From NCBI RefSeq assembly GCF_006345805.1, contig NC_042998.1, positions 55,738,001 to 55,802,000 on the forward strand: a DNA stretch of 64,000 nt, in the 5' to 3' direction. This stretch comes from Octopus sinensis (taxonomy: Eukaryota). A program made the translations under genes and the position numbers. Positions 39,727 through 52,976 of the stretch are shown one piece after another (the first letter of the stretch is position 1; each line of letters starts with the position of its first letter). Below the pieces are notes generated by a model that was not told the DNA's origin, did not search any database, and was given only the letters and a program-made list of their open reading frames with translations.

Positions 39727-39768
<42 letters not shown>

Positions 39769-40019
39769 CACCCTTTTCAAAACTAGCCATGCTCATAAGC
39801 CCGGTTTCCCGGTTTCTGCGGCGTATGTCCATCGCAGCGTTACTCAAGAAACAGGAAGAGAGAGAGAAAGTTGTGGCGAAAGTGTACAACAGGGATCACC
39901 CCACCCCCCACCCCTGCAGGAACATCATAGAGCTTTTAGGTGTTTTCGCTCATAAACGCACTCAACGCCCGGTCTGGGAATCGAAACCGCGATCCACCGC
40001 CCTAACCAGTAGCCCATTG

Positions 40020-40133
<114 letters not shown>

Positions 40134-41085
40134 CGTGTGTGTGTATGTGTGTTTGAAGTCAAACAGAAAAAAATATGGCAATAATCATTACATGTAAAAA
40201 ATGTATATATATATATATAGTTTGGTGTGCACACTAAACCGAAAATAAAGCGAAAATGATTTTTGGTCAACTGAGTTTAGGGCCCAGATAGTTGTAACCA
40301 AAATAACTGTAAGAATATACACAAGGACTCTCTACAATGATTTGATATCGATGTGGTAAGTTGACAGACTTTTGGTTTTTAAGAAACATGATTACCTCTT
40401 ATCAAAGCAGTAAATTATAAGTCAACACACGATAGGGGATTTCGATACAAAACGGAGCTAAACGTAGTTATCATACAACATCCAGTCCCTTCTTAATTGA
40501 TATTGCCAATTGTCTTCGTGTGCGAAGAATGAACAACGAAAAATATCAGAATTGGCGGTGATAATAGTAACAAATTGTTTGGTTTTAAATTGGAAGTACT
40601 ACTTAAAACATACATATACAATCCTATACACTTTTGTTAGTTTGTATTAGATTAAATATTGCATTGTTGTAAAAATGTTCGATGTACAAGCATTGACGCG
40701 ATTCCGATGCATACTTTTTAGTATTAACACGACATCAGATTGAGTCTTATGTTTTGTACATCAAACATAAAATGTTTTATCGTTTTTTGTATAAAAAATA
40801 TTATTGTTTAAACAAGCAAAGCAAAAACAAAAACAAACAAAAATATGAGCATAACCACAATGACACTTCATAATTTCTTTTATTTTTTTTTTACTCCATT
40901 ACTAATTTCAGCAATAGGATTGTGGCCATACTGTAGCACAGCCTTCAAGAATTTGTCATTAATTTTGTCGATATCATTATTTAATGTAGTACTTATTTTA
41001 TTGATATATGATTGATTGATTGATTGATTCTAGTTTCAGCTTATGAGCTGTGGCCATGCTGGGGCACCGCCATTTGAAACATGCG

Positions 41086-41145
41086 TTCCCATGCCGGGAA
41101 ACGAACCCGGGCCGCCTGGGTGAAAGCCAGGAATCCTAACCACTA
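41086..41145 (-). pseudogene. 5'-truncated tRNA-Glu(TTC) pseudogene
   Basis: Minus strand TAGTGGTTAGGATTCCTGGCTTTCACCCAGGCGGCCCGGGTTCGTTTCCCGGCATGGGAA closely matches metazoan tRNA-Glu. Anticodon TTC at 41122-41124; the 5' acceptor strand is missing. Confidence 0.8.
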
Positions 41146-41274
41146 TATGAGGAGGATGAAGGTAAATTCAACAGGATATCAAAAAATTAACCGAGTCGGA
41201 CGCTATTACTTATTGGTGCCCAAACCAATTTGGGCTTTAAGATATTGTTATATCATGTTCTTTAATTAACATGC

Positions 41275-41433
41275 GTAGGAGTGGCTGTGTGGTAAGTAGC
41301 TTGCTTACCAACCACATGGTTCCGGGTTCAGTCCCACTGCGTAGTACCTTGGGCAAGTGTCTTCTACAATAGTCTCGGGCCGACCAAAGCTTTGTTAGTG
41401 GATTTGGTAGACGGAAACTGAAAGAAGCCCGTC

Positions 41434-41472
<39 letters not shown>

Positions 41473-41718
41473 TGTGTGTGTGTGCGTGTGTGTGTGTGTG
41501 TGTGGTGTGTGTGTGTGTACTTGTCCCCCCAACATAGCTTGACAACCGATGCTGGTGTGTTTACGTCCCCGTAACTTAGCGCTTCGGCAAAAGAGACCGA
41601 TAGAATAAGTACTAGGCTTACAAAGAATAAGTCCTCGGGTCGATTTGCTCGACTAAAGGTGGTGCTCCAGCATGGCCACAGTCAAACGCCTGAAACAAGT
41701 AAAAGAGTAAAAGAGTAA
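41275..41718 (+). mobile_element. SINE family A copy
   Basis: Full-length homologue of 1680-2098. Confidence 0.85.
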
Positions 41719-42404
41719 CATTGCTTTTGTTAGTGTTTCCAATGATCTAACGATTTAGTAATTAGAACTTTTTATCCTTAATTGATAATCACTTAATATT
41801 GATGATGATTTTTTGAAAATAGCATGAATATCATATAATCGCCCTTCTTTGTTCTACTAATATAGGATTTTATGCTCAACGAAAAAGTTTTACGTTTTAT
41901 TGTAGTGGGAAAATCCATCAATCCTGTTGAATATCCCTTGACTAATATTATGCAAACGTTGATTAAATCACATTTAAAACCAGGAATTTCAATTGCTAAT
42001 GAAATTGTCGCAAAAACAGGGAAAGTATCAGAATCAAATCGACTACGTTACTGTATTATCCTATGTTGGTAATGATGTTCTGAATTGCAGTTTTATAATA
42101 ACAGCAGAAAAATCAAATGACTAAATGAATAACAACAATAATGTCTGGTCACAGACGTCTGTCATCTACATAGCCAAAGAAGCCCGAAACCACGTGATGG
42201 GGAAGTTCCAGCAACCGCAGCGGACGGTTCTCGTCTGCCAACGATATAAACATCAGTGCTTTTATGCACCACTAATCCATTGGAGAGATTTCCTCATGCT
42301 AAATAACGCTGTATTCTGTGTTCTAACGCATCCACTTTTAAGGAGATAAATATTGCCTTTTGATATTAATATTAATACTGCTTCTGTCGCTATTGACTAT
42401 TAAT

Positions 42405-42464
42405 AATTTAATAATAATTATAATAATAATAATGATGATGATGATAATAATAATAATAATAATA

Positions 42465-42544
<80 letters not shown>

Positions 42545-42560
42545 CAACAAAAACAACAAC

Positions 42561-42597
<37 letters not shown>

Positions 42598-42673
42598 TAA
42601 TAATAATAATAATATAATAATAATAATAATAATAATAATATAATAATAATAACAACAACAAAAACAACAACAA

Positions 42674-42716
<43 letters not shown>

Positions 42717-42718
42717 TC
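42405..42718. repeat. Long compound (AAT)n/(AAC)n microsatellite
   Basis: Directly visible. Confidence 0.95.
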
Positions 42719-42724
42719 TTTCTA

Positions 42725-43115
42725 CTATAGACACAAGGCCTGGATTTTTGTGGGGAGTGGGACGATTGATCACATCCACTCCAGTACTTGACTGGTACCT
42801 AAATTATCGACCCCGAAAAGATGAAAGGCAAAGTCGACCTCAGTGGAATTTGAACTCAGAACATAGGGACGATCGAAATATTTATTTCTTTACTACCCAC
42901 GAGGGGCTAAACACAGAGAGGACAAACAAGGACAGACAAACGGATTAAGTCGATTATATCGACCCCAGTGCGTAACTGGTACTTATTTAATTGACCCCGA
43001 AAGGATGAAAGGCAAAGTCGACCTCGGCGGAATTTGAACTCAGAACATAACGGCAGACGAAATACGGCTACGCATTTCGCCCGGCGTGCTAACGTTTCTG
43101 CCAGTTCGCCGCCTT
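42725..43115 (-). mobile_element. SINE family B with a duplicated internal module
   Basis: Reverse of the 58293-58812 family; AAGGATGAAAGGCAAAGTCGACCTC-like module occurs twice. Confidence 0.8.
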
Positions 43116-43459
43116 AATAATAATAATAGGCTCTCCCGTCGTTAGATGACGTATGAGGGTTCTGCAATTTCTTGCTGAACAACCAAACAGATTCATTTGT
43201 TTACAGTGGTCAAATGTTTTTTGTGTTCACATATGCTCACTCTCTCCATCAGATCGACATTACTTGTACAGGTGCACGACAGGCCACATGTCAGATAACG
43301 AAATGATTGCAGAGCAATGTGAAATGAAGTGTTATGCTCAAAATGAAATACGGCGTAACGCTCGGTCTGCGAATCGAAACCACGAACTCGCAGTCATGAG
43401 TGCAACACCTTAATCACTATGCTATACGTTGATATCTTGATTTTAAACAAATAACTTTC

Positions 43460-44300
43460 GACTTGCCATGCCATTCGTTATTTCCTTCAAACAATTCATC
43501 GTCGACATAGAGAAAAAGACCATGAAAAGTCCAATCATAAGAAGAGCAAATATGAGTAAAAATCTCCTAAGACTACAAACAAAAATTATTATGCAGATAC
43601 TTGAAAGAAAACTAAACGGCGGTAATATCAAGTGAATTAATGCTTGTGTCATGCTGGTGTTGAAATATTCTGCTCCTCTTTTTAAAGAGCTCAAAGGCAG
43701 AAGTACATAAACTGGACAGAAGAACTAGGAACTACTCAAAATAACGCACAGCACTATTGAGGTAGTATCAACAGGCTTGGATCTTTTCGGTTCGAACGGC
43801 AGTTTTTCTAGGTAACTAAAAAATTTTCAACTTCGTATACTGGTAGAATGTATTTATAAAACATCTTTTTCTCTTGGCTTTATTGAGAAAATTCTATAGT
43901 TTGTAAGATATTTGTTGTTGTTTTTTTCTTCAATTTCTGCAATTTCAACCAATCACTGGCGTCTATTGAGGTAAAAAAAACATTCTGTGCCGTATGAATA
44001 TGTCCCTCGTTTAAGAAACAGATTGGGTTTATTTACATTTGTGAAGAAAAAAAGATACCCTTCCCCCACCACTAACCCTAAAACAGATTGAAATGCAATA
44101 GATCGATACTAGGGTCATAATTATGGGTGACAATTTCATATGACACCGCTAGAAAAAACTGCCGTTCAAACCGAAAAGATCCACAGGCTTTATTTACCAA
44201 GAAGGGAAGAAGGTAAAGTTTTATTAAATATAGAAAACATCATTAATGAAGGATTAGGGGAAATAATGGGCATAGTGAAGAAAGATAGTTATCTGCGACT
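43460..44300 (+). mobile_element. Decayed R4/Dong-like LINE fragment interrupted by a MITE
   Basis: LNACVMLVLKYSA.. on the left and LYLPRREEGKVLLNIEN on the right. Confidence 0.55.
43779..44182. mobile_element. MITE with GGATC termini and 8-bp TSD (Merlin-like)
   Basis: TIRs GGATCTTTTCGGTTCGAACGGCAGTTTTTCTAG / CTAGAAAAAACTGCCGTTCAAACCGAAAAGATCC. ACAGGCTT at 43771-43778 and 44183-44190. Confidence 0.8.
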
Positions 44301-44464
44301 AGAAATATCATGGAAATTCTTGAAACACGCACATATATGCTTACATACATTCACTCACACACACATACACATGTACACGCACACACTTATAGACATAGGC
44401 ACGGCTACACTTTCATATTTGGTCATAATTAGTTAATATTAATACTAATATTAATGAGTCGGTG

Positions 44465-44800
44465 AAGGCGCATGGCTCAGTGGTTAGAGCATCGAACTTA
44501 CGACCGTGAGGTTGTGAGTTCGAATCCCGGACCGGGCTGCGTGTTGTGTTCTTGAGCAAGACACTTTATTTCACGTTGCTCCAGTTCCCTCAGCTGTAGA
44601 AATGATTTGCGACGTCACAGGTGCCAAGCTGTATCGAGCTTTACCTTTCCCTTGGATAACATCGGTGGCGTAGAGAGGGGAGGCTGGTATGCATGGGCGA
44701 CTGCTGGTCTTTCATAAACAACCTTGCCCGGACTTGTGCCTCGGAGGGTAACTTTCTAGGTGCAATCCCATGGTCATTCGTGACCGAAGGGAGTCTCCGA
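44465..44800 (+). mobile_element. tRNA-derived SINE
   Basis: A box TGGCTCAGTGG, B box GTTCGAATCC, core GTTCTTGAGCAAGACACTTTATTTCAC. Confidence 0.75.
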
Positions 44801-47800
44801 TTAATGAGTAAAACTTACTTCATATGTTATTAATGTATTCACATAACAGCCAGAAGCATATTTCCTGCCTTGCGTAAATTAATCTCTACCTACTTACTAA
44901 TCTAGCTACTTAGCGATGTATTTATTTGCTTATCTTGTGTTTCTAGTTGATATGTATATCATTATTTGACTTTACATAGATCAAGAACTAGAACGAGATC
45001 AAGTGGATCATATTATTTTGACACTGGCTAATTTGATTATTCTTAACTTCTTGAGCAAGATAAAATTAAAAGGTTATCTGCCTTCAACAGGATGATATGC
45101 AATAGATGTTATTGACTTTTTAATTAAAAAAAAAAACTCTATTAAAATTATCTGAACAGTTTAGAGTTTTTCAGATAGCTTTAAACAGGCTTAAATTATT
45201 TTACGATTGAAAACCGGATGTCTCCTGAGAATTAAACCGTCTAAATAAACACTTATAATAACAAAAGTATCTCATTTGTATTTCTTCTGACACCACTTGT
45301 GTTTTCGTTATCTGACTTTAATTTACTCATGTTTACCATGGTGGTATTGAAATAAGAAACATATTTAGAGTTGAGATTTATGTATAAATTAAGTAAATTT
45401 AATTATGAAAGTCTAGGATTTCGTATTAATTTCAAATGATACCCAAGGACTTTTCAAAGGACAAAATTCTTGTCAGAGAATAATGTAATTAGTTTTCGCT
45501 CATATTAAAAAAAAATCTACCTTTGTTCACTGAAGGAGATTTTACTGCATAATTTCTGAGTAGAAAGCAATATATTTAAAGCAGATGCAGTTACTAAACT
45601 ACTTTCAATTACGAATACATTTGAACTGAAAAAAAAATATCAAAGTATACAAAATGATCTCAAAAGTTAAAACAGTGTGTTAGACTAGATATTGTTTGAT
45701 AGGTCTGGATGTGAAAAGATAATTAGAGCTTCTGCTGAGCTTTTAGGGGTTAAAACCCCAATTTAATGAGAGATAAAATATAGACTAATAACTGATTGCG
45801 GTTTGGAGCCAATTTAGATTTGTTTATTAAATATAATATAATCAATTTTATATGCTCGCTCACAAAGTTACAAACAATTTATAGACGTCAGTTGAAGTAA
45901 ACTTGCTGCGTAAGTAAGAGAAATATCAATTCTACGAAGTACCATGCAGCAATTAAGTTGATTGTGTACATGAAAAAATATTTATATTTCAATGTAAACT
46001 TCATTTAAAGTTAATTGGATTATGGAACTTTCGAGCATGCTTGAGTTCTTAACCAATCATAATACAGTGTTATTAAATTTTCAGTTCAAACACTCAGTAC
46101 ACTGTACTAACATTCCGAAATGGCACTTTCATTTTATAATCTACCACTGAAAAGAGTCTGCTTTTCGCAAATTAATTGAGGTATATATTAAACTTCCTCT
46201 AATTCTGATTATGCTTAAACTATTACAGTCCTATATGGCAATACTCTTATGCAGAACATATTTGACAAATATTTTGAAATTTTCTTACATCTTCAGTAAT
46301 TCTAGTTCCGTTCCTTTGAATTCATAGATACCAACATGTTAACGAGGCGTTTACTCAAAGACAAATTGGTTCTGTAATCATTATCAGTTTTTATAAACTA
46401 TTTTATCAAGCCATCATACATTTCAGACACATAATAATCGAAAAATTAAATTCTATAGGCATTTTTTTCTTTAGCCCGAGGACTTTTCAGGCCAGTTATC
46501 TGGTTTCCATGGTGTTATAAGTAACCGAGATCAAAAAAATCCTCAATGGTCCACTGCAGTGTTCTAGGTCAGCAATTTTGAGAGGAGAGGCCATGTTGAT
46601 TACAGCGACTCCACTAGTTCACGCATATTTAATTTCATCGACTCCATTGGAATGAAAAACAAAGGTGACGTCAGAGGACTTTCAGCTCAGAATGTAAAGA
46701 GTCGGAAGAAATACCGCCATGCATTTTTCCGACGTGATGACAATTCTGCCGACTCGCCGCCTTTCCTAGAGGCAAATGCCGACCCTAAAATGAGATAATG
46801 TGACTAATACATCCAAACTATTCATCTTTGATTCCAAAACATGATTCTAAAACATCTTCATCTCTGATTCCAAAACATGATAATAAAAAACAAACTAATA
46901 ATATTAATGAGAAAAAAATAGCTAAAGTTCCACGTTCTCACTTGTCCACGCATTCAGTCACTTATTTACAAATATAAGTTTTCTAAGTCTGGAATTATTT
47001 CTATCTATTATAAGAGTAAACTGCTCTGCTGTTCTCATTCAATAAGTGTGAAATCAATTTTTCATTTTAGGAGGTATGTCAATACTTCTGAAGTTGTTCT
47101 TAGGAAAAAAATGCTGATAATTCTTAAAATATTTTTTCTTATATACTCTGTGCATAACCGTAATAAATTTTATTTTCTTTTCAGTAATATTGTTTGTTTT
47201 GTTTATTTTAATTCTATATATCATTCCATATCGCCACTTTCTTCAAATAATTAAGCTTAGTTGAGCTGACTGCAAGTCAAGAGTTCTGTCTACAGATATC
47301 AACAATGTTAAACCACAATCTGTAGTCAAGTTCTTGCATGCGTTGTAAATAATAAAAATATTATCAAATGACAGAAGTGAAATACACCTAATGTGTTGTA
47401 CAAAAGTAAAAAAAAAAACATAACTCATAAAACTATCTTTGTGTCGTATAAATTCTCCCATATGGTACTAAAAGTAATAAGCTTCTGGGAGTAAGATACT
47501 GAATGTGATAAGTAGAGGCAAATAACGTTATTGTCAAACCTATGATACTTTTTTTTTTTGCGAATACAATTTTAAATGGGGAAAAATATCAAATCCTTTC
47601 TACTTTCATAGTTTAAATAGTTAAATATAAAATTTTCGTTATTTTTGTAGTACTGAAATAGAAACTTAATTTATCGTCATCGCAAGGATGAAAGGCTAAG
47701 ATCGCTTTGCATTCGCTGTTTCAGGTAAAATATGTACGAAACTCTAATGTACAGGATCGCTAAAATCTGTAATAACTCTACTTCATGTTGTCTATGTCAA

Positions 47801-48610
47801 AAACAAAAAACCATAATCATTGTTATCAGGCCAGGTCAACTATTTCTGATGCCAAATCAACTACTTACAGTTATAAGTACGATTATATTGCTTACTACGT
47901 TTTAGTATTAAATAAGTAAAATTCTTAAAGAAAGAAACAAGTTATAATTAGTATAGTTTTGGTTGTCTGGCCTGGAAGAAAACTGCAATTTTAGCTATTA
48001 TTTCACATTCAGAACTTAGGTATTGATGTTTTATCAGTTACATAAAGGAGTTGTACTTAGGGCATCAATTGCTCTTAATCCAGCTCAGATTGTTATTACA
48101 TAACTATTCTTATAATTAAACTGATAATAAGAGCGGTGAGCTGGCAGAAACGTTAACACACGGGAGAAAATGCTAAGAGGCATTTTATCCGTCTTTACAT
48201 TCTGAGTTCAAATTCATCGACTTCGGTTTTGTGTGTAGATGAAATACGTTCCAGTTGCGCACTGCAGTCGATGTAGTCGACTTGCCCTACTTTTGGTGCA
48301 AAATGCATTCTTGTTTACATCAGCGCTGGAGATGGCGGGAATTTGTCTACCTGCTTGCGATATAAACAAGAGTGCATTTTACACCGATGTCAATATGAGA
48401 GCTTCCTTAATGGAATCTACCGCAGTATAGTTTCTTCTAACAATACATTCACGTTTAAGTTTAAAATTACCCCTCGGTATTAATATTGCTTCTATCGCTA
48501 ATATATATATATATATTAATACAAAAGAAGGCATGACTATGCCGCCAGAATGGTCCACTGAGTACTATATAACAATATAGTTCTATATTTAAGAGATGAG
48601 GAATTATGTA

Positions 48611-48742
48611 CATTATTTACATTTGATGAATATTTCTCCTCATCTTGTTTGTTGTTAACACAACGTTTCGGCTGATATACCCTCCAGTCTTCATCGGGCG
48701 TCTTGGGGGAATTTCGAACCTGAGTTCCTAAGGTATTTTCGA

Positions 48743-48810
<68 letters not shown>

Positions 48811-49084
48811 GGGTCACTGTCTGGAATCGAACTCGGAATCTTGGGGTTAGTAGCCCCCGCTCTTAACCACTAAGCCATATGCAATAATAATAATAATAAT
48901 AATAATAATATAATAATAATAATAATAACAACAACAACAACAACATCGAAAAATACCTTAGGAATGAGAACTCAGGTTCGAAATTTCCCCAATACACCTG
49001 ATGAAGGCTGGAAGTTATATCAGCCGAAACGTTCTGTTAACAACAAACAAGATGAGGACAAATATCCGTCAAATGTAAATAATG
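48611..49084. mobile_element. Inverted pair of hammerhead-bearing arms around (ATT)n - tRNA-like head - (AAT)n
   Basis: 48611-48745 is the reverse complement of 48944-49084. HHR-like motifs at 48657-48702 (-) and 48992-49038 (+); tRNA-like head at 48810-48882 (-). Confidence 0.8.
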
Positions 49085-49149
49085 AAAATAATGTACTATG
49101 TAACAAGTTTGGATTGAAAAAGATGAGAAAATGATATGAACATTAACCA

Positions 49150-49520
49150 GGATATGTGGAAGAAAATGACACAGCAAAATATTTGAGGACTTCATGATCC
49201 AATGTGATCATAGAATCGAACACCGAAAACCTAATACTGTGCTGGTAAACAAGGGAGACAAATCGTGCCTGATAATAGAAACTGCGTTCTTGGGACTGTA
49301 GATTTGAGGAAAAGGAAGAAAAACTGATAAGATATGAGACTCTGAAGAGAGAAATCAAAAGGCTATATAGCCAATAAAAATGGTATATATTGTGCCAGTA
49401 ATTGTTGATGTCCGAGGTACAGTGAACAAAGAAATTGAAAATTAGTCGGTAAAGATAGGCATAAAAAGGAGAATGAAGCACATCGAAACAGCACAACTGG
49501 CTGTGCAGGGAATCCCCACA
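49150..49520 (+). mobile_element. Highly decayed RLE-domain LINE fragment
   Basis: DFMIQCDHRIEHRKPNTVLVNK..CLIIETA, homologous to the RLE segment at 59076-59504. Confidence 0.55.
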
Positions 49521-51714
49521 GACTTGATAAGAATATACCACCTTAGCTCACAAGAAGTGAACAGCTGGCATATTAATGACACCTCCAGCAACAGCGGAAT
49601 ATGTTAGATGTGTTGGTGATAATGATAATAAGGAGTTGGAAATCATCATATAGGATTAGGACAACCCACCTTAATCTCCAGGCAGTTGCTCTTTTATTGA
49701 TTATAATCTCCAATCAGAATCCCATTAATGGTTCTTTCAGATATAATAGTTTCGCCACTTCTGTCCACTTTCCATTCAAATGACCAGAAGCCAGATCTTC
49801 CCTCCTCAACTCGACTTTCCAATTCAATTAGAAGATATAATCACTAATTAGCTGTGCAATATTGTACATTATTAAAATAATATTAATCATTACATTAATG
49901 TTGTCTTTTCCTCACTGCATAATTATTTTTAATTAGGTTTTTTTATGCTCGTGGCATAAAAATTTCAATTCACAAGTGAAAGTTATTCATACGTACTTTA
50001 TTGATTGAGGAAGATATTAAATTGTATCAAATTTCAAATACTTCTAAACTGTTAGAAACCTAAATGACAATATTTTTTACTCAGAATAACTTTGACATAA
50101 ATATTTTGCAGTTTTCTTTTAACTTCAGTGACACTACTGTTTATCTGACGCTAATTTAACCATTATTTTTCATGTAAAAGTATCTCTGAATAATTAGCTT
50201 CAGTAATCTATTTTATTTTTATATATTAACTTTTTCACTCCCGTATGTATACAATATTGTATAACTACATGTTAATTTTTAATCACAACTTCGAAGATAC
50301 CTATGCTTCGCGGAACAGTCTAACGATTGGTATCTACCGAACTTAACGAAATTATTAAAAAATGTTAGTCATTGACATTCTCAATTTCCTCCTACAACCG
50401 ATAACTAAATTCTGAGACGAAATTCATCTCTTCATACATGAACTTTAAGACTTTCCTCATCACGCTGATTTTAACCAAATTTAGCTACAACGAAAAATTG
50501 ACCCGAACCAAATTAATCGATATTACAAGTTGATAAAAGCTGACAGGATACTAGATTTGTGCGTAGTGATATAAGTTCGTTTTATTGAATACACCAGACG
50601 GATTTCTATCAGCATATCCAATTTAAGAAACGAGAATCGCATCAATTAATTTTCCAACATTCTTGGTAAATATTTATTTTCGGCAAATATTTATGGCCTT
50701 TACAGTACTACGAGATTGCGGGTTTTAAAGGGAACTGATTTCAAGTATATTTCTTTCATGCGAATCATAGACTACGTCTCCTTTCTCTTCAGATAAACGA
50801 ATTTATAATGAAAACGATATAACGCAAGAAACTATTTTGAAGCTAATAAAATACAAAAAGAGACACTTCAAATGATATTAACTCATCAATTTTATGTGAA
50901 TACGATTTTGCTAACATAAAGACGCGTTGACAGCATAGCGTTAACGAGATTTCATAGCGCATTTAAGAAACTTGAGTATAAATGTAGCAGGCAGCTCTCT
51001 AACAATACCGTATAGAAAAAGCATTCAACGAATGATTTGCCAGCTGGAACGAATAATTAGATGAACTAATACTAAACACGCCTACTTGAATTACTATTGC
51101 ACACGTCATAATTACTTTACAATTCTGAATCTTTTCCATTTTACACCTATTTATTTATCTCTAATGTCGAACAAGTTTGCTAGTAGTAGTTTGGGTGTCG
51201 AAAGAATCATTAATTTAAAGGTTTTTATCACGCTCTTCTTTTGAAGACTGACTAATATTTTCCATACCACTGGGGATTCTAAATAAATACAGGCAGATGT
51301 TTTTAGGATTCTTATTCGTTCATTTAATTTTTTTTTTTTCCTTTCTCTTTAAGGTTGTTCAAGATATTGAAAACCAGATATTTTGTTGTTTTTATTTTCT
51401 TCGACAAACAAATACAAATGCTTTCAACTGGAAAATTATTTTGTGTTTAAATCAACGAGTTACAAAATATTTCCACAATGCTAAAAGATCGTCAACAGAA
51501 TTTGGTGGTAAACATCTGAACTTCAGAGAAAAGAAAATTAATTCAGTTTTAGGGAAAGGATTGGTCTATGTGTTTGTGTGTGTGTATGTGTAAGTGAGTT
51601 ATTTGTGTGTGTGTGTGTGTGTGTGCATGCTTGCGTGTGTGGGTGGGTGTGCGTGTGCGTGTGTGAGTGTGTGTGTCTGTGTAAGCGAGTGTTGTGTGTC
51701 TGTGTAAACGAGTG

Positions 51715-51753
<39 letters not shown>

Positions 51754-52116
51754 GGCTGGATGGCGTCCTCAATGTCTAATAGTGAAATAAGTTCGGACTA
51801 AATAAAGTGGCAAATATTTCAAAACTTAGAAACTATTTTTAAGTAGATTTTAAAGTGAAAAAACATTCTGGCTTTAGCCTTCCTAGCATTTTATAAGACA
51901 ACATCATCCACCCTACCTACTTATTTAAGTAGGTAGAGTGTGATTTAATGCGAATTGGCTGCTGTTTCATACAGTAAGGGCAACCACGTAGGAGCTCCTT
52001 CGTTACCTCGAAAATGTAATAGTAATGCTATGATCACGATTATTCTCCTAGAAATATATTATTACGCAGTGATATCATTCATAGCATAATTGTTTGTTTC
52101 TTTGTCGTCCCAATTT

Positions 52117-52148
<32 letters not shown>

Positions 52149-52201
52149 CATATATATATATATACATACATATATATATATACATACATATATATATACA
52201 T

Positions 52202-52324
<123 letters not shown>

Positions 52325-52376
52325 TATTAGTGAATTGAAGAAATGGAGTTGAACGAAGATTGAACAGAAATCGTTT

Positions 52377-52469
52377 TATTGCATTCTACACGTGTTTCGA
52401 AAGGCACAATTTACCAAATTCCGATTGAATAATGAGACCATATTGTGTCTTTCTCTTCAGGAAGAAATA
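52377..52469 (-). ncRNA. Type I hammerhead motif (left arm of palindrome)
   Basis: Reverse complement of 52643-52733 with small indels in the helix II loop. Confidence 0.72.
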
Positions 52470-52642
52470 GGAAATCCGTTGGAAAAAACAAAAACAGAAC
52501 AGAGGCGGAGCAAAACAAATCGAACGAGGCTCCTAAGAGCCCATGGCCAAACTAAGAGCCCATGGCCATGGGCTCTTAGGAGCCTCGTTCGATTTGTTTT
52601 GCTCCGCCTCTGTTCTGTTTTTGTTTTTTCCAACGGATTTCC

Positions 52643-52733
52643 TATTTCTTCCTGAAGAGAAAGACACAATATGGTCTCATTATTCAATCGGAATTTGTAA
52701 ATTGTGCTTTCGAAACACGTGTAGAATGCAATA
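52643..52733 (+). ncRNA. Type I hammerhead motif (right arm of palindrome)
   Basis: TATTTCTTC CTGAAGA GAAAG..CTTTC GAA ACACGTGT A GAATGCAATA. Canonical core, 5-bp helix II base, palindromic helix III, GUA site at 52723, interrupted helix I. Confidence 0.75.
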
Positions 52734-52930
52734 AAACGATTTCTGCTCAATCTTCGTTCAACTCCATTTCTTCAATTCACTAATAATATTAAAATTCAAT
52801 TATCCGCACCAACGCACGGTTGCAACACCATATGGTTGTACCTCCAACCGTGCTGTCTTCTGCTGTGATTTTTGCTACCAAGGTATCAGTTAAACTTTTG
52901 ATTAATCTGCAACAAGATTATTCATCTTTC

Positions 52931-52973
<43 letters not shown>

Positions 52974-52976
<3 letters not shown>

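Larger units (their letters stand above)
38532..39730. repeat. 543-bp unit as ~1.2 direct copies plus ~1.03 inverted, circularly permuted copies, each arm with a hammerhead-like motif
   Basis: GTGTATTGGCAGGG recurs at 38532 and 39075. 39172-39730 is the reverse complement and wraps across the unit boundary. Flanked by (TG)n and (TA)n. Confidence 0.85.
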
